From: Acutalibacteraceae bacterium
Lineage (GTDB): Bacteria; Bacillota; Clostridia; Oscillospirales; Acutalibacteraceae
Length of the DNA: 32,000 bases
NCBI GenBank assembly: GCA_045660865.1
Contig: JAZREP010000015.1
Span: 28,266-60,265 of the forward strand
Direction: 5' to 3'
Within the stretch, counting starts at the first letter, position 1; every line of letters begins with the position of its first letter. A model generated the notes under the pieces. The model saw only the letters and a list, made by a program, of their open reading frames with translations, made no database searches and had not been told where the DNA came from. Position numbers and translations under genes: made by a program. This document shows positions 23,601 to 32,000 of this stretch, in pieces.

Positions 23601-24620
23601 TCAATCTACAATCAATTCTTGAATGGAACGGAACTGGTAGTCGCCGTTTTTAAGGAGTTTAGGCTTTTTCAATGCTATTAATTCGCCACGAACAACATTG
23701 TGCATAGGGTCTTCGGCAACTATTACGTGAATACCAATTGCTTCTTGGAGTTTTTGTTCCATACCGAACAGCAATGCGCCGCCGCCGGTAAGCATTATGC
23801 CTCGCTCCATAATATCTGCGACCAAATCGGGCGGTGTTTTTTCTAGCACATCCTTAATTGCACGAATAATATCCGCGATAGAGTCTTCCAACGCCTCTTT
23901 AACCTGCTCTGAAGTAATTTCAAAAACCGCAGGCAAGCCTGAATACGCATCCTGACCCTTAGCGCGCATAGTTAAATCTACAGGGCGAGCAATAGCGCAA
24001 CCTATTTGCTCTTTAATTAGTGAAGCGGTTTGCATACCGATATGGATATTAAACTCTTTGCGAACAAATTTAATTATTGCTTCATCAAAGCTGTATGATG
24101 CAGTATGACTGCTGCCGCAAGCGGCTATTCCGCCCATAGAAATAGTTGCTATATCAGTAACACCTGCACCTATATCAACAACCATATTTCCGCCCGGCTT
24201 AGTAAAATCAATTCCAAGACCCAAAGCGGCGGCTACAGGAGATTCAATAGTACATACATCACGTCCTCCGGCATAACCCGCAACGTCGGCTACGCTACGA
24301 TGCTGTACCGGAGTAACACCGATTGGCACAGGTATCATAACACGAGGTTTAATAATTCTTTTACCGAATGCCTTTTGCATATAGTGTTGAAGCATTTTTT
24401 CGGCAATATCATAATCGGCAATAACACCGTGTTCAAGCGGAAAAACAGTAGTAACGCTTTCAGGAGTACGACCCACCATAGACAAAGCACGGTCACCGTA
24501 ACAAATCGGTTCCCACGTTTCGGTATCAACCGCTACAACAGAGGGCTGCTCTAAATAAATTTTTCCTTTGGAAAACAAAATGGTTTTAGATGTACCGAAA
24601 TCAATTCCTATATCTGTCAT
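23601..24620 (-). CDS. mreB: MreB/Mbl-family actin-like protein
   Basis: Phosphate-1 motif DIGIDFGTSKT, phosphate-2 motif MVVDIGAGVTDIA, and adenosine motif IMLTGGGALL. RBS AGGAGGAA lies upstream. Its ATG overlaps the comFC stop (ATGA). Confidence 0.88.
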   Translation of the reverse strand: MTDIGIDFGTSKTILFSKGKIYLEQPSVVAVDTETWEPICYGDRALSMVGRTPESVTTVFPLEHGVIADYDIAEKMLQHYMQKAFGKRIIKPRVMIPVPIGVTPVQHRSVADVAGYAGGRDVCTIESPVAAALGLGIDFTKPGGNMVVDIGAGVTDIATISMGGIAACGSSHTASYSFDEAIIKFVRKEFNIHIGMQTASLIKEQIGCAIARPVDLTMRAKGQDAYSGLPAVFEITSEQVKEALEDSIADIIRAIKDVLEKTPPDLVADIMERGIMLTGGGALLFGMEQKLQEAIGIHVIVAEDPMHNVVRGELIALKKPKLLKNGDYQFRSIQELIVD

Positions 24621-25369
24621 TTCATTTCCTCCTTTTTGCCGACCTTTGTATTATTTTTTAGTTTATCTGCATTATTGGTAATGAGCGCGGCGGTACAATA
24701 GACCTTTTCTGCTCCTGCCAATAACAGTTGTTTTGTACAAGCATTAAGCGTTGCCGAGGTGGTGCGAATATCATCAACAAGCAATATCGTTTTACCCTGT
24801 AAATCACCATGGGCTGTATAAATATCTTTTACGTGGCGCATACGCTCTCTATAAGAAAGTTTATGCTGTGATACTGACTTTTTATCATGCTTTTTGAGTA
24901 TTCTACCGTTATATTTAACACCTAACTGCTCTGCTACCACCTTTGCCAAAACTTCGGCGTGGTTAAAGCCTCTTTGAAGCTTTTTCATTTTGTTCATAGG
25001 CACAGCGGTAACTAAGTCAAGCTTTACATCCTTAAAATGCTCTAAAAATCGTTCAGCTATGCAAATGCCGAAAAACTGAGCATTATCTTTATACCCTTTA
25101 AACTTTAATGAGTATATGCCTTCCCTTGCTACGCCGTCATTATAAAAAGGAACGGTAATTCCTGAAAAAAGCATATTAACGCGCTTACATTCGCAATCTT
25201 TATGGGCTTGACCGCAATTAGTACAGCAATCAATGGGAATATAAGACAATTTTGAAAGGCAGGTTTGACAAATCAGAGCCCTATCTTCTGTTAATTCCCC
25301 GCAACAGCAACAGCGTGACGGAAAGAACAAATTCCAAAATGCCGAATATTTATTACTCTTTATTTTCAT
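24617..25369 (-). CDS. comFC: ComF family protein (ComFC-type phosphoribosyltransferase-fold with N-terminal zinc ribbons)
   Basis: N-terminal Cys clusters (CCCCGE...CQTC...CCTNCG...CEC) and the PRTase motif ILLVDDIRTTSATL. Its ATG overlaps the recD2 stop. Confidence 0.88.
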   Translation of the reverse strand: MKIKSNKYSAFWNLFFPSRCCCCGELTEDRALICQTCLSKLSYIPIDCCTNCGQAHKDCECKRVNMLFSGITVPFYNDGVAREGIYSLKFKGYKDNAQFFGICIAERFLEHFKDVKLDLVTAVPMNKMKKLQRGFNHAEVLAKVVAEQLGVKYNGRILKKHDKKSVSQHKLSYRERMRHVKDIYTAHGDLQGKTILLVDDIRTTSATLNACTKQLLLAGAEKVYCTAALITNNADKLKNNTKVGKKEEMK

Positions 25370-27564
25370 ATCTTTAGCAACTTATCCTCAAGTCCGGAAT
25401 ACCGCATATTTTTTCTGTTGTTTTCTATCATTTGCTGCAAAACCGCTTCGCTTCCCACTACAATCAGCCGCTCCTTTGCACGAGTAACTGCGGTATATAG
25501 TAAATTGCGATAACGAAGTTTGTCAGGTGTGGCAAACAGCGGTAAAACCACGCAAGGAAACTCACAGCCCTGACTTTTATGTACAGTTACAGCGTATGCT
25601 AATTCCAGTTGTAAAATGTCATTACCCGTAAATGTTGCGAGCTTGTCCTCAAACTGAACCAGTACCCTCTGCTCTCCTGCGTTTATCTCAACCAATATAC
25701 CTATATCGCCGTTATAAACACCTGTACCCGATTCGCCCTCGGAATTTTCCCAAATAATATCGTAATTATTCTTCATCATCATTACCTTATCGCCCAACCG
25801 AAGAGTATACCCCTTCAATGTGATTTTAGGTAATGTATCGTCACCATTTATTATAGATTGGATACGATTATTCAGTGCCACTGTGCCATAATCGGTAATC
25901 TTGGTAGGACAAAGAATTTGTATATCGTTTAAAACAGAATAGCCGTATGCCTTGGGCAAACGATTGCAACAAAGCTCAGATACCACACGAGGCAATTGTG
26001 CGCCGACAGCAGGTATAAAGAAGAAATCCTTATCCTTTTGCATCAGGTCGGGCATTTCGCCGCCAATAATTCGGTGGGCATTTGTTACTATAAGGCTTTG
26101 CTCGGCTTGGCGGAAAATCTCATTCAACTGCACACAAGGGAATTTGCCTGAGTGTATTAAATCATACAATATGTTACCTGCCGAAACGCTTGGCAACTGG
26201 TCGGCATCCCCTACCATAATAAGCTTACTACTTAATTTTAAAGCCTTTAATATTGCTTCAAAAAGTTTAAGGTCTACCATTGACATTTCGTCAATAATCA
26301 ACACATCACAATCAAGCGGATTGTTCTCATTGTGGACAAAAATATGCTTGTCCACCTCATCAAGATAAGCCACCTCTAAAAGACGGTGAATGGTCTGCGC
26401 ATCTCTACCACATAATTCTTCAAGTCTTTTGGCGGCTCGGCCTGTTGGAGCTGTCAGCTTAACCGACAACCCGCGATTTTCAAGTATTTGAATAATAGCG
26501 TTAACCGTTGTGGTTTTACCCGTACCCGGCCCGCCTGTTAAGACAAGTATGCCGTTTTCGGCCGCTAATTTAATAGCCTGCTTCTGCTGATTAGCATACT
26601 TTATGCCCAGTCGCTTCTCAATTGCCTCTATTTCTTTATCGACAGGCTTTTTAGAATAAATAGGAAATGCAGTAATCATCTGGAGCCTATCAGCTATATA
26701 CCGTTCAGATAAATCGTATTCCAAAAGTGAAAGGTATTCAGTACCATCAATATTATTCACTATGATTTTTTGTTCATCTATTAACTCAGCACAAGCATCA
26801 TCCAACATAGGCTGTGGTGCTTCAAGCAATGCCGCTGCAACTTTATAAAGCTTATTCAAAGGCAGGCAGGTGTGTCCGTTTAATAAATTATGGCGCAAAA
26901 CATATTCAATACCGCTTTTAGTGCGTTCAAGCTGTGAAAAAGAGGAATTTATATTACCGGCTATCTCATCGACCCTTTGAAAGTCGAGACCTACCTCCAA
27001 GGCGCATAAACGATATGGATTTTCGCATATACTTGCGATGGCGTTTTGGCCGTAATAACTATAAATCTTCAAACTTTCGGCAGCATCTATACCGTAAGAA
27101 TTAAAGAAAGCTAAAACTGTGCTGATAGATTTGTTGCGCGAAAATTCTTCACCGATACTAGCAGCCTTTTCCCTTGAAATGCCTTTGATTTCACACAATC
27201 TCATTGGCTCTTCTTCCATAATACGCAGAGTGTCATCACCAAAACGGGAAACTATTTTTTTAGCCGTAGCAGGGCCTATACCCTTGATTGCGCCGCCCGA
27301 AAGATAGCGCAACACGGCGGCTGTATCACCGGGCAGCACTTTTGTATAACTCTTTACTTTTAATTGAGGACCATAGGTGTCGTGCATAACATATTCTCCG
27401 CACACCTCAACCCATTCGCCAGCATCAAGGTCAGGCATGGGGCCAACGGCTGTGATAATCTCACCATCCAGCAGTAGCTGAGCCACAGTAAAGCCGGTGA
27501 CGGCATTTTGATAGGTGATTTTACTCACCTCAGCTTTTATCACTGACATTTCCCGTTGTTCCAC
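25366..27564 (-). CDS. recD2: SF1B ATP-dependent RecD-like DNA helicase (RecD2)
   Basis: 732 aa. Walker A VLTGGPGTGKTT, Walker B VLIIDEMSMVD, LIMVGDADQLPSV, YAVTVHKSQGCEF, and an N-terminal OB/HhH region. The start is either GTG 27564 or ATG 27549. Confidence 0.9.
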   Translation of the reverse strand: MEQREMSVIKAEVSKITYQNAVTGFTVAQLLLDGEIITAVGPMPDLDAGEWVEVCGEYVMHDTYGPQLKVKSYTKVLPGDTAAVLRYLSGGAIKGIGPATAKKIVSRFGDDTLRIMEEEPMRLCEIKGISREKAASIGEEFSRNKSISTVLAFFNSYGIDAAESLKIYSYYGQNAIASICENPYRLCALEVGLDFQRVDEIAGNINSSFSQLERTKSGIEYVLRHNLLNGHTCLPLNKLYKVAAALLEAPQPMLDDACAELIDEQKIIVNNIDGTEYLSLLEYDLSERYIADRLQMITAFPIYSKKPVDKEIEAIEKRLGIKYANQQKQAIKLAAENGILVLTGGPGTGKTTTVNAIIQILENRGLSVKLTAPTGRAAKRLEELCGRDAQTIHRLLEVAYLDEVDKHIFVHNENNPLDCDVLIIDEMSMVDLKLFEAILKALKLSSKLIMVGDADQLPSVSAGNILYDLIHSGKFPCVQLNEIFRQAEQSLIVTNAHRIIGGEMPDLMQKDKDFFFIPAVGAQLPRVVSELCCNRLPKAYGYSVLNDIQILCPTKITDYGTVALNNRIQSIINGDDTLPKITLKGYTLRLGDKVMMMKNNYDIIWENSEGESGTGVYNGDIGILVEINAGEQRVLVQFEDKLATFTGNDILQLELAYAVTVHKSQGCEFPCVVLPLFATPDKLRYRNLLYTAVTRAKERLIVVGSEAVLQQMIENNRKNMRYSGLEDKLLKI

Positions 27565-27598
27565 AATTACACCTGCCTTATGCCGAAAAAATCCCTGT

Positions 27599-27919
27599 TT
27601 ATTGAATTATGTAGGCTGCCTCCTCCGGTTTACAGAGGATTATAAACGGGTTTTCTTCGGCTGCTTTTTCACACAACTGTTTAGTCAAGGTATCCATACC
27701 TAAATCTATCGCCAACAAAATGGGGTTGCGGTCATTATGCCACCTGATTAGCTCTATTTCAGATACAAGGTCATAATAGCCCTCAATATTTTGAATAGGC
27801 ACTATAAAGCGGCGAACTTTATTTTTAGGTACTATAATCTTAATTGCAACATAGCGAAGACAATCCGAAAGCCCCCACAAAGCAAAAAACAAAACTATTA
27901 AAGTTAATACTATTTCCAT
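27599..27919 (-). CDS. Small membrane-anchored hypothetical protein (106 aa)
   Basis: Single N-terminal TM helix (EIVLTLIVLFFALWGL) followed by an ~80-aa soluble domain. ATG 27919 lies 5 nt after GGGGTGA. I recognise no family. Confidence 0.5.
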   Translation of the reverse strand: MEIVLTLIVLFFALWGLSDCLRYVAIKIIVPKNKVRRFIVPIQNIEGYYDLVSEIELIRWHNDRNPILLAIDLGMDTLTKQLCEKAAEENPFIILCKPEEAAYIIQ

Positions 27920-27978
27920 AAAAATCACCCCACTAGCATACTATGCAATGCGGGTGATTTTGCTATTTTAAGATACAA

Positions 27979-28005
27979 GCCGGCGAGGAGCAATACCGCG
28001 CCGGC
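27979..28005 (-). terminator. Weak GC-rich hairpin after cdaR (possible terminator)
   Basis: GCCGGCG (27979-27985) pairs with CGCCGGC (27999-28005) across a 13-nt loop. The trailing minus-strand sequence is only moderately T-rich. Confidence 0.3.
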
Positions 28006-28012
28006 CCAACAA

Positions 28013-29281
28013 TTATTTAATTACAACAACTGTGGTATATTCGCCCACCTGCCAGATTTTATCTGACTTTGCAGACTTAACCACTACTGAAACAGTGTAT
28101 TGTCCTGCCGCTTTTCCTTTTAAATCGACCTCAACATAAAGGTCAGAGGCTAACAGATTACGCACAACCGCTTCCGGACCGAACACCTTAACATTGCGCA
28201 CACTTGCGATATCGTCTACCTTTACGCCTTTTTCAAGGTTTACAGCACGGCAATCGGTAATATTAAAAGTGCGCTGAATGTAATTGTCAGTGTTTATTTT
28301 AACTGTAACTGACTCTATATTATCAATCGGCTTAATGCCGTTCGGTAAAGACAGAGCCACGTCAAAGCTGTTGTTATCCTTACTAATTTCATAGAAATCA
28401 ATCGGTGCAAGCTTAATTTCAGTCAACGCGTCAATTGTTTCAGGTGTACCCTTAACATCAATCTTTTGATAATTTATGGTGTATGGGATATGAGAAGTTT
28501 CAAAGCCTGCCGGCGCATTAGTAAAGGTCGGAACTAATTTCACCGATTTCTGTTTGTAAATCGGCACCGAAATTTTAACATCGGTAGTACTTAGAGTAAA
28601 CAATTCATTGTCTAACTCTTTACCATTCTCATCAAGAATGATTATTTCTGCATCATAACTGGTTGTTTGAGAAAGTACATCGTTTACATCTGCTACGGCA
28701 CGGATATGCGCGATTTGTTCTATATAACTGCGAGGTCCACGAACAGTTATCAACGAATCCTCACTGTTTGTAACAACAGGAGTATCTGCGATAAGACCTT
28801 TAACCGCCGAGGCACCGTTTGCAACAGCCTCAACCGTAAACTGTGTTTCACTTATATAGTCAAAAGTTAACGAAATTTTTTCAGGTATTATTGAAACAAC
28901 ATTATATCCTGTTTTGGCACCCACCTTGTTAGCAACCAACGGAATTTCATACGTGCCTGCTGCATTAACCTCTGACATGTTTGCAGTAACCGAAATATCT
29001 GTTGCTGAAACAGAGCTTACTATATATGTGGGACCGGAAATTACCACGCTTACCTCAGTATCAATATTACCGATTACATCCAAGCCAAGCTGCTCTACTA
29101 CTGTGTTTGCAGTAGCAATTGAAACAGGAAGCTTTGAAATAGTAGCTTCACGCTGTGGATTTTGGCTAATGGTAACTACCAACCAGAACATAACGGCCGC
29201 AAATATAGAGAAAGGTATAGTGAATTTTCGATGGCTGAATAAGCGGCTTAAAAAGTCCTTGGGTAATTTAAATTGTTTCAC
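28013..29281 (-). CDS. cdaR: YbbR-domain protein CdaR (regulator of diadenylate cyclase CdaA)
   Basis: 422 aa. N-terminal TM helix, then repeated beta-rich YbbR-like modules. It lies immediately downstream of cdaA. GTG start after GGGAGG. Confidence 0.8.
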   Translation of the reverse strand: MKQFKLPKDFLSRLFSHRKFTIPFSIFAAVMFWLVVTISQNPQREATISKLPVSIATANTVVEQLGLDVIGNIDTEVSVVISGPTYIVSSVSATDISVTANMSEVNAAGTYEIPLVANKVGAKTGYNVVSIIPEKISLTFDYISETQFTVEAVANGASAVKGLIADTPVVTNSEDSLITVRGPRSYIEQIAHIRAVADVNDVLSQTTSYDAEIIILDENGKELDNELFTLSTTDVKISVPIYKQKSVKLVPTFTNAPAGFETSHIPYTINYQKIDVKGTPETIDALTEIKLAPIDFYEISKDNNSFDVALSLPNGIKPIDNIESVTVKINTDNYIQRTFNITDCRAVNLEKGVKVDDIASVRNVKVFGPEAVVRNLLASDLYVEVDLKGKAAGQYTVSVVVKSAKSDKIWQVGEYTTVVVIK

Positions 29282-29297
29282 TACGGCCGTACCTCCC

Positions 29298-30191
29298 TTA
29301 CTGTTTTTTTAGAATTTTTTTAATTCTATCCCATAAATCGGAGAATAATCCTTTGTTATTATTCTCTTCTTCGTCAAGCAACAAAGTTTTCAATGCCTCA
29401 CGAAGTGTGATAGCTGTATAATCTCTTGTTAAATTACCATTTTCGGCAATAGAAATGTTGCCTGTTTCCTCACTTACAACAAGCACAACCGCATCACTGT
29501 TTTCGCTCATACCGACAGCCGCACGGTGCCTTGTACCAAGGTGATGACTAAGGTCAGCACGTGATGTTAACGGTAAAATACAACCTGCCGCGTGAACACG
29601 GTTTTCTCTAATGATTACCGCGCCGTCATGCAACGGTGATTTCGGGAAAAACACATTGTCAATGAGCGGCATTGTAGCCTCGGCATCAAGCACAGTACCT
29701 GTGTTTATTATTTCTCCGAGAGGGGTTGTCCTCTCAAATACTATTAACGCGCCCACCTTTTGCTCTTGCATATTTTGGGTTGCTTTACTAACCGCATCTA
29801 TACACTTTAAGGTTTCTTCACGGTTTCTGTCGCTGCCTCTGCCAAATATGCCGAATTGACTGCGGCCCATACGCTCCAACGCACGGCGAAGCTCCGGCTG
29901 GAAGATAATTGCCACACCGATAATAGCATAATCAAAAACTTTGATTAACAACCATTTTATACTTACTAAATCCCACCATATTGCAAAAACCCATACAAAA
30001 AACAGGATAATTATACCCCTAATCAATTGCTTGGCACGGGTTTCTCGAAACAGTTGGATGCATTTGTATATAACATAAGCCACAACAGCAATATCTAGAA
30101 TATCGGCAAAACGTATACCGGAAAGCGCCGCCCAAACCATATTGAAAACGGTATAAATACCTCCACCGAGCCCTGCAAAAAAGTCAGCCAT
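29298..30191 (-). CDS. cdaA: Diadenylate cyclase CdaA (c-di-AMP synthase)
   Basis: Three N-terminal TM helices, then a DisA_N/DAC domain with GALIVFER, HDGAVII and GTRHRAA motifs. RBS GAGGTGA lies upstream. Confidence 0.93.
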   Translation of the reverse strand: MADFFAGLGGGIYTVFNMVWAALSGIRFADILDIAVVAYVIYKCIQLFRETRAKQLIRGIIILFFVWVFAIWWDLVSIKWLLIKVFDYAIIGVAIIFQPELRRALERMGRSQFGIFGRGSDRNREETLKCIDAVSKATQNMQEQKVGALIVFERTTPLGEIINTGTVLDAEATMPLIDNVFFPKSPLHDGAVIIRENRVHAAGCILPLTSRADLSHHLGTRHRAAVGMSENSDAVVLVVSEETGNISIAENGNLTRDYTAITLREALKTLLLDEEENNNKGLFSDLWDRIKKILKKQ

Positions 30192-30238
30192 TGTGTCACC
30201 TCATTCTTAAAATATATATTATTATATAATATACTATA

Positions 30239-30267
30239 ATTGTAACAATATTTTGACTTTATTGCAA
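30239..30267 (-). promoter_or_regulatory. Putative sigma-A promoter (extended -10) of cdaA-cdaR
   Basis: Minus strand: TTGCAA (30267-30262), 17-nt spacer ending in TGT, TACAAT (30244-30239). It lies about 48 nt upstream of the cdaA ATG. Confidence 0.6.
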
Positions 30268-30285
30268 TAGGAAAATTTATTAAAT

Positions 30286-31416
30286 TTACATATTTTTAAG
30301 CAAATTTATAACACGATATGCTTCCGCCTTAGTATTAAACCAACCGCTGCTTATACGAACCGCTCCGTTATCTATTGTGCCAAGCCGATTATGAGCCAAA
30401 GGTGCACACTGAAGCCCTGCCCTGACAGCTACATTATGCTCGGCTAAATATTCGGCAGTTTGCTCACTTGTTGCCTTTAAAATGTTGAATGCCAACACAG
30501 GAGCGCAAAGCGTTTTAAAAGGGTTAGGCGAATAAACTGCCATCCCGTTTATATTTGATATTTCGTCATATAGAACTCTGTGTATTTCCATTTCGTGCTT
30601 AAACAGTTGCTCCATTCCCTTGCGGTTAATGAAATCAATTCCAGCCGAAATACCTAAAATCCCCGGTAAATTTACCGTTCCGCTCTCAAACCGTTCGGGC
30701 AGTTCTTTAGGCTGATTTAAGTTTCTAGATTCTGTACCTGTGCCGCCCTCTAAAATCGTGTTTGGTATGGACTTACGCGCTATCAAGATGCCTGTTCCCA
30801 TCGGTGCAAGCAGACCTTTGTGAGGTGCCAAGCACAAAAAATCAATATGCATATTTTGCATATCAATAGGCAGTACGCCTCCGCTTTGTGCCGCATCAAC
30901 GCCAAACAGTATACCTTTTTGCTCACAAACTGCGCCCAAAGCCGCTATGGGCAATAGTTGTCCGTTAACATTTGATGCGTGGATGCTGAATATCATTTTT
31001 GTATTGGGCTTAATTTTATTTACAAATGAACGCACGGTAGCATCGTCATCGCCGAATATAACCTCGGCTATGTCTACCTCTACGCCTAATTTTTTTAAAG
31101 CTAACGCAGGGCGAGCTACAGCATTGTGTTCCATTGAAGATATAATTAAATGGTCGCCTTTTTTAAGGCAACCTTTTAACACAAAGTTAATTGCAGTTGT
31201 ACAATTTTGGCAAAACACCACCTGTGTTTCATCATCACAGTTAAACATCTCTCTTACCTTTTTTCGGCAGGAATAAATTTCCCCAGCCGCTTTTTGAGAT
31301 TGCTCGTAACCTCCTCTGCCCGCATTAACCGAAAATTTTTGTAATGCCCTATCTACTGCGGCAACTACACTCTCCGGCTTTTTGCCGCTTGTGGCCGCAT
31401 TGTCAAAATAAATCAT
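30286..31416 (-). CDS. Class V aminotransferase-fold PLP enzyme, cysteine desulfurase / selenocysteine lyase-like
   Basis: 376 aa. PLP-lysine context LCLAPHKGLLAPMGTG and a SufS/CsdA-like active-site loop VRAGLQCAPLAH containing Cys. Its ATG overlaps the stop of the upstream DUF3343 gene. Confidence 0.85.
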   Translation of the reverse strand: MIYFDNAATSGKKPESVVAAVDRALQKFSVNAGRGGYEQSQKAAGEIYSCRKKVREMFNCDDETQVVFCQNCTTAINFVLKGCLKKGDHLIISSMEHNAVARPALALKKLGVEVDIAEVIFGDDDATVRSFVNKIKPNTKMIFSIHASNVNGQLLPIAALGAVCEQKGILFGVDAAQSGGVLPIDMQNMHIDFLCLAPHKGLLAPMGTGILIARKSIPNTILEGGTGTESRNLNQPKELPERFESGTVNLPGILGISAGIDFINRKGMEQLFKHEMEIHRVLYDEISNINGMAVYSPNPFKTLCAPVLAFNILKATSEQTAEYLAEHNVAVRAGLQCAPLAHNRLGTIDNGAVRISSGWFNTKAEAYRVINLLKNM

Positions 31417-31631
31417 AGCTCGCTCACGCCTATTACCTTCACTCCGTTTTGTTTTAATAGAGCGGTCGCGCCGTCAAAATCATCCTCAACCATTATGCCC
31501 CAACCGCATCCCGAGCCTTTGACAATATTTTGTATTTTTTTAGCGGTAGCCTTATACCCCTTTGCTTGCAATAAATCTCTGCCACGGAAAGCATAAGTTA
31601 TGCTGCCCGTTAATATAAACATTTTTTTCAT
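31413..31631 (-). CDS. DUF3343-like small protein (putative S/Se carrier)
   Basis: 72 aa from ATG 31631 (MKKMFILTGS), 6 nt after AGGGAGGAA. The beta-alpha-beta layout and the single conserved Cys in GSGCGWG resemble DUF3343. It is translationally coupled to the class-V enzyme. Confidence 0.55.
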   Translation of the reverse strand: MKKMFILTGSITYAFRGRDLLQAKGYKATAKKIQNIVKGSGCGWGIMVEDDFDGATALLKQNGVKVIGVSEL

Positions 31632-31789
31632 TTTCTTTTCCTCCCTTTGTATAAAAATATCCTGTGCCGAAAGCAAATTTTGGCACCGAATAGAATGATT
31701 TTTTGCCTACTAATGCCATTATATGTTGCAGTTGGACCAAGCGTACAACCTGCATTTTAAAATTCTTGTTTTTTATACTAAAAATACCC

Positions 31790-31818
31790 TTGCATTCTTA
31801 AGCTTAATGTGTTATAGT
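31790..31818 (+). promoter_or_regulatory. Putative sigma-A promoter (extended -10) of the ACT-domain gene
   Basis: TTGCAT (31790-31795), 17-nt spacer ending in TGT, TATAGT (31813-31818). Confidence 0.6.
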
Positions 31819-31861
31819 GTTTTACATACGAAAACAATTGTGTGTGAACGGTGGACTGTTT

Positions 31862-32000
31862 ATGAAAGATAACCAATTGCTTTTAATTCATTCAAATATC
31901 CTGCCGCCTGTATATTTAAAGGTGGTTAAGGCAAAACAATTATTAGAAAACGGCACAGCCAAAAGCGCAAGTGAGGCAGCTAGGTTGTGCGGCATTTCTC
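31862..32000 (+). CDS. UPF0735 ACT-domain protein (PheB-like), N-terminal 46 aa; continues past the window end
   Basis: My own translation gives MKDNQLLLIHSNILPPVYLKVVKAKQLLENGTAKSASEAARLCGIS... This matches the N-terminal HTH-like region of UPF0735/PheB proteins (..ILP.V..KV...K.LL..G......EA.....ISRSAFYKY). Confidence 0.65.
   Translation, partial: MKDNQLLLIHSNILPPVYLKVVKAKQLLENGTAKSASEAARLCGIS

Noticed and set aside
24105-24554. A 149-aa plus-strand ORF inside the mreB-like gene, and a 138-aa ORF (25952-26368) inside recD2
   Set aside because: They are antisense to genes with unambiguous conserved motifs. They are Ser/Thr/Asn/Arg-rich with no RBS.
30205-30240. An AT-only low-complexity tract (AATATATATTATTATATAATATACTATAAT) as a possible repeat element
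   Set aside because: It is a short 5'-UTR/promoter-proximal AT-rich stretch between the cdaA promoter and RBS. It has no periodic unit and no second copy in the window.
31695-31760. A 21-codon hydrophobic micro-ORF (MIFCLLMPLYVAVGPSVQPAF) in the intergenic region
   Set aside because: It has no Shine-Dalgarno sequence upstream and overlaps the hairpin sequences. It is most likely a chance ORF.

Overview
This is a chromosomal window from a low-GC Gram-positive anaerobe. It looks Clostridia-like, judging from GGAGG-type ribosome-binding sites (RBS), HrcA/CIRCE heat-shock control, cdaA-cdaR, and clostridial families such as GGGtGRT, Gx transporter and DUF3343. Coding density is high and about 38 genes are supported. 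I saw no rRNA, tRNA, CRISPR array, transposase or integrase.

Housekeeping blocks:
- mnmG(partial)-mnmE and the hrcA-grpE-dnaK-dnaJ operon, which carries a perfect CIRCE operator (1-6.4 kb, minus strand).
- rpmH-rnpA-yidD-yidC-jag (19.7-22.2 kb, plus strand).
- recD2-comFC-mreB-like-aldo/keto reductase (22.6-27.6 kb, minus strand).
- cdaA-cdaR (28.0-30.2 kb, minus strand).

Most interesting content, in order:
1. A compact flavin-based extracytosolic electron-transfer (EET-like) locus at 14.4-19.5 kb. It contains an NDH-2 fused to a polytopic C-terminal membrane domain, a NusG-domain-II protein, a Gx transporter, a polyprenyl synthase, an ApbE lipoprotein and an FMN-binding lipoprotein. This part list differs from the Listeria paradigm.
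2. An uncharacterised NifU-like scaffold + GGGtGRT two-gene operon at 9.7-11.5 kb.
3. A terminator-insulated SLOG/DUF2493 + small HTH divergent cassette at 7.6-8.4 kb. It is driven from a palindromic shared -10 element.
4. A split (half-size pair) TSUP/TauE transporter, co-operonic with a nucleotidyltransferase and a UPF0340 protein.
5. A DUF3343 + class-V PLP enzyme pair, a putative sulfur/selenium relay.

All start codons, promoters and terminators were called by eye. Family assignments come from recognised motifs, not database searches.
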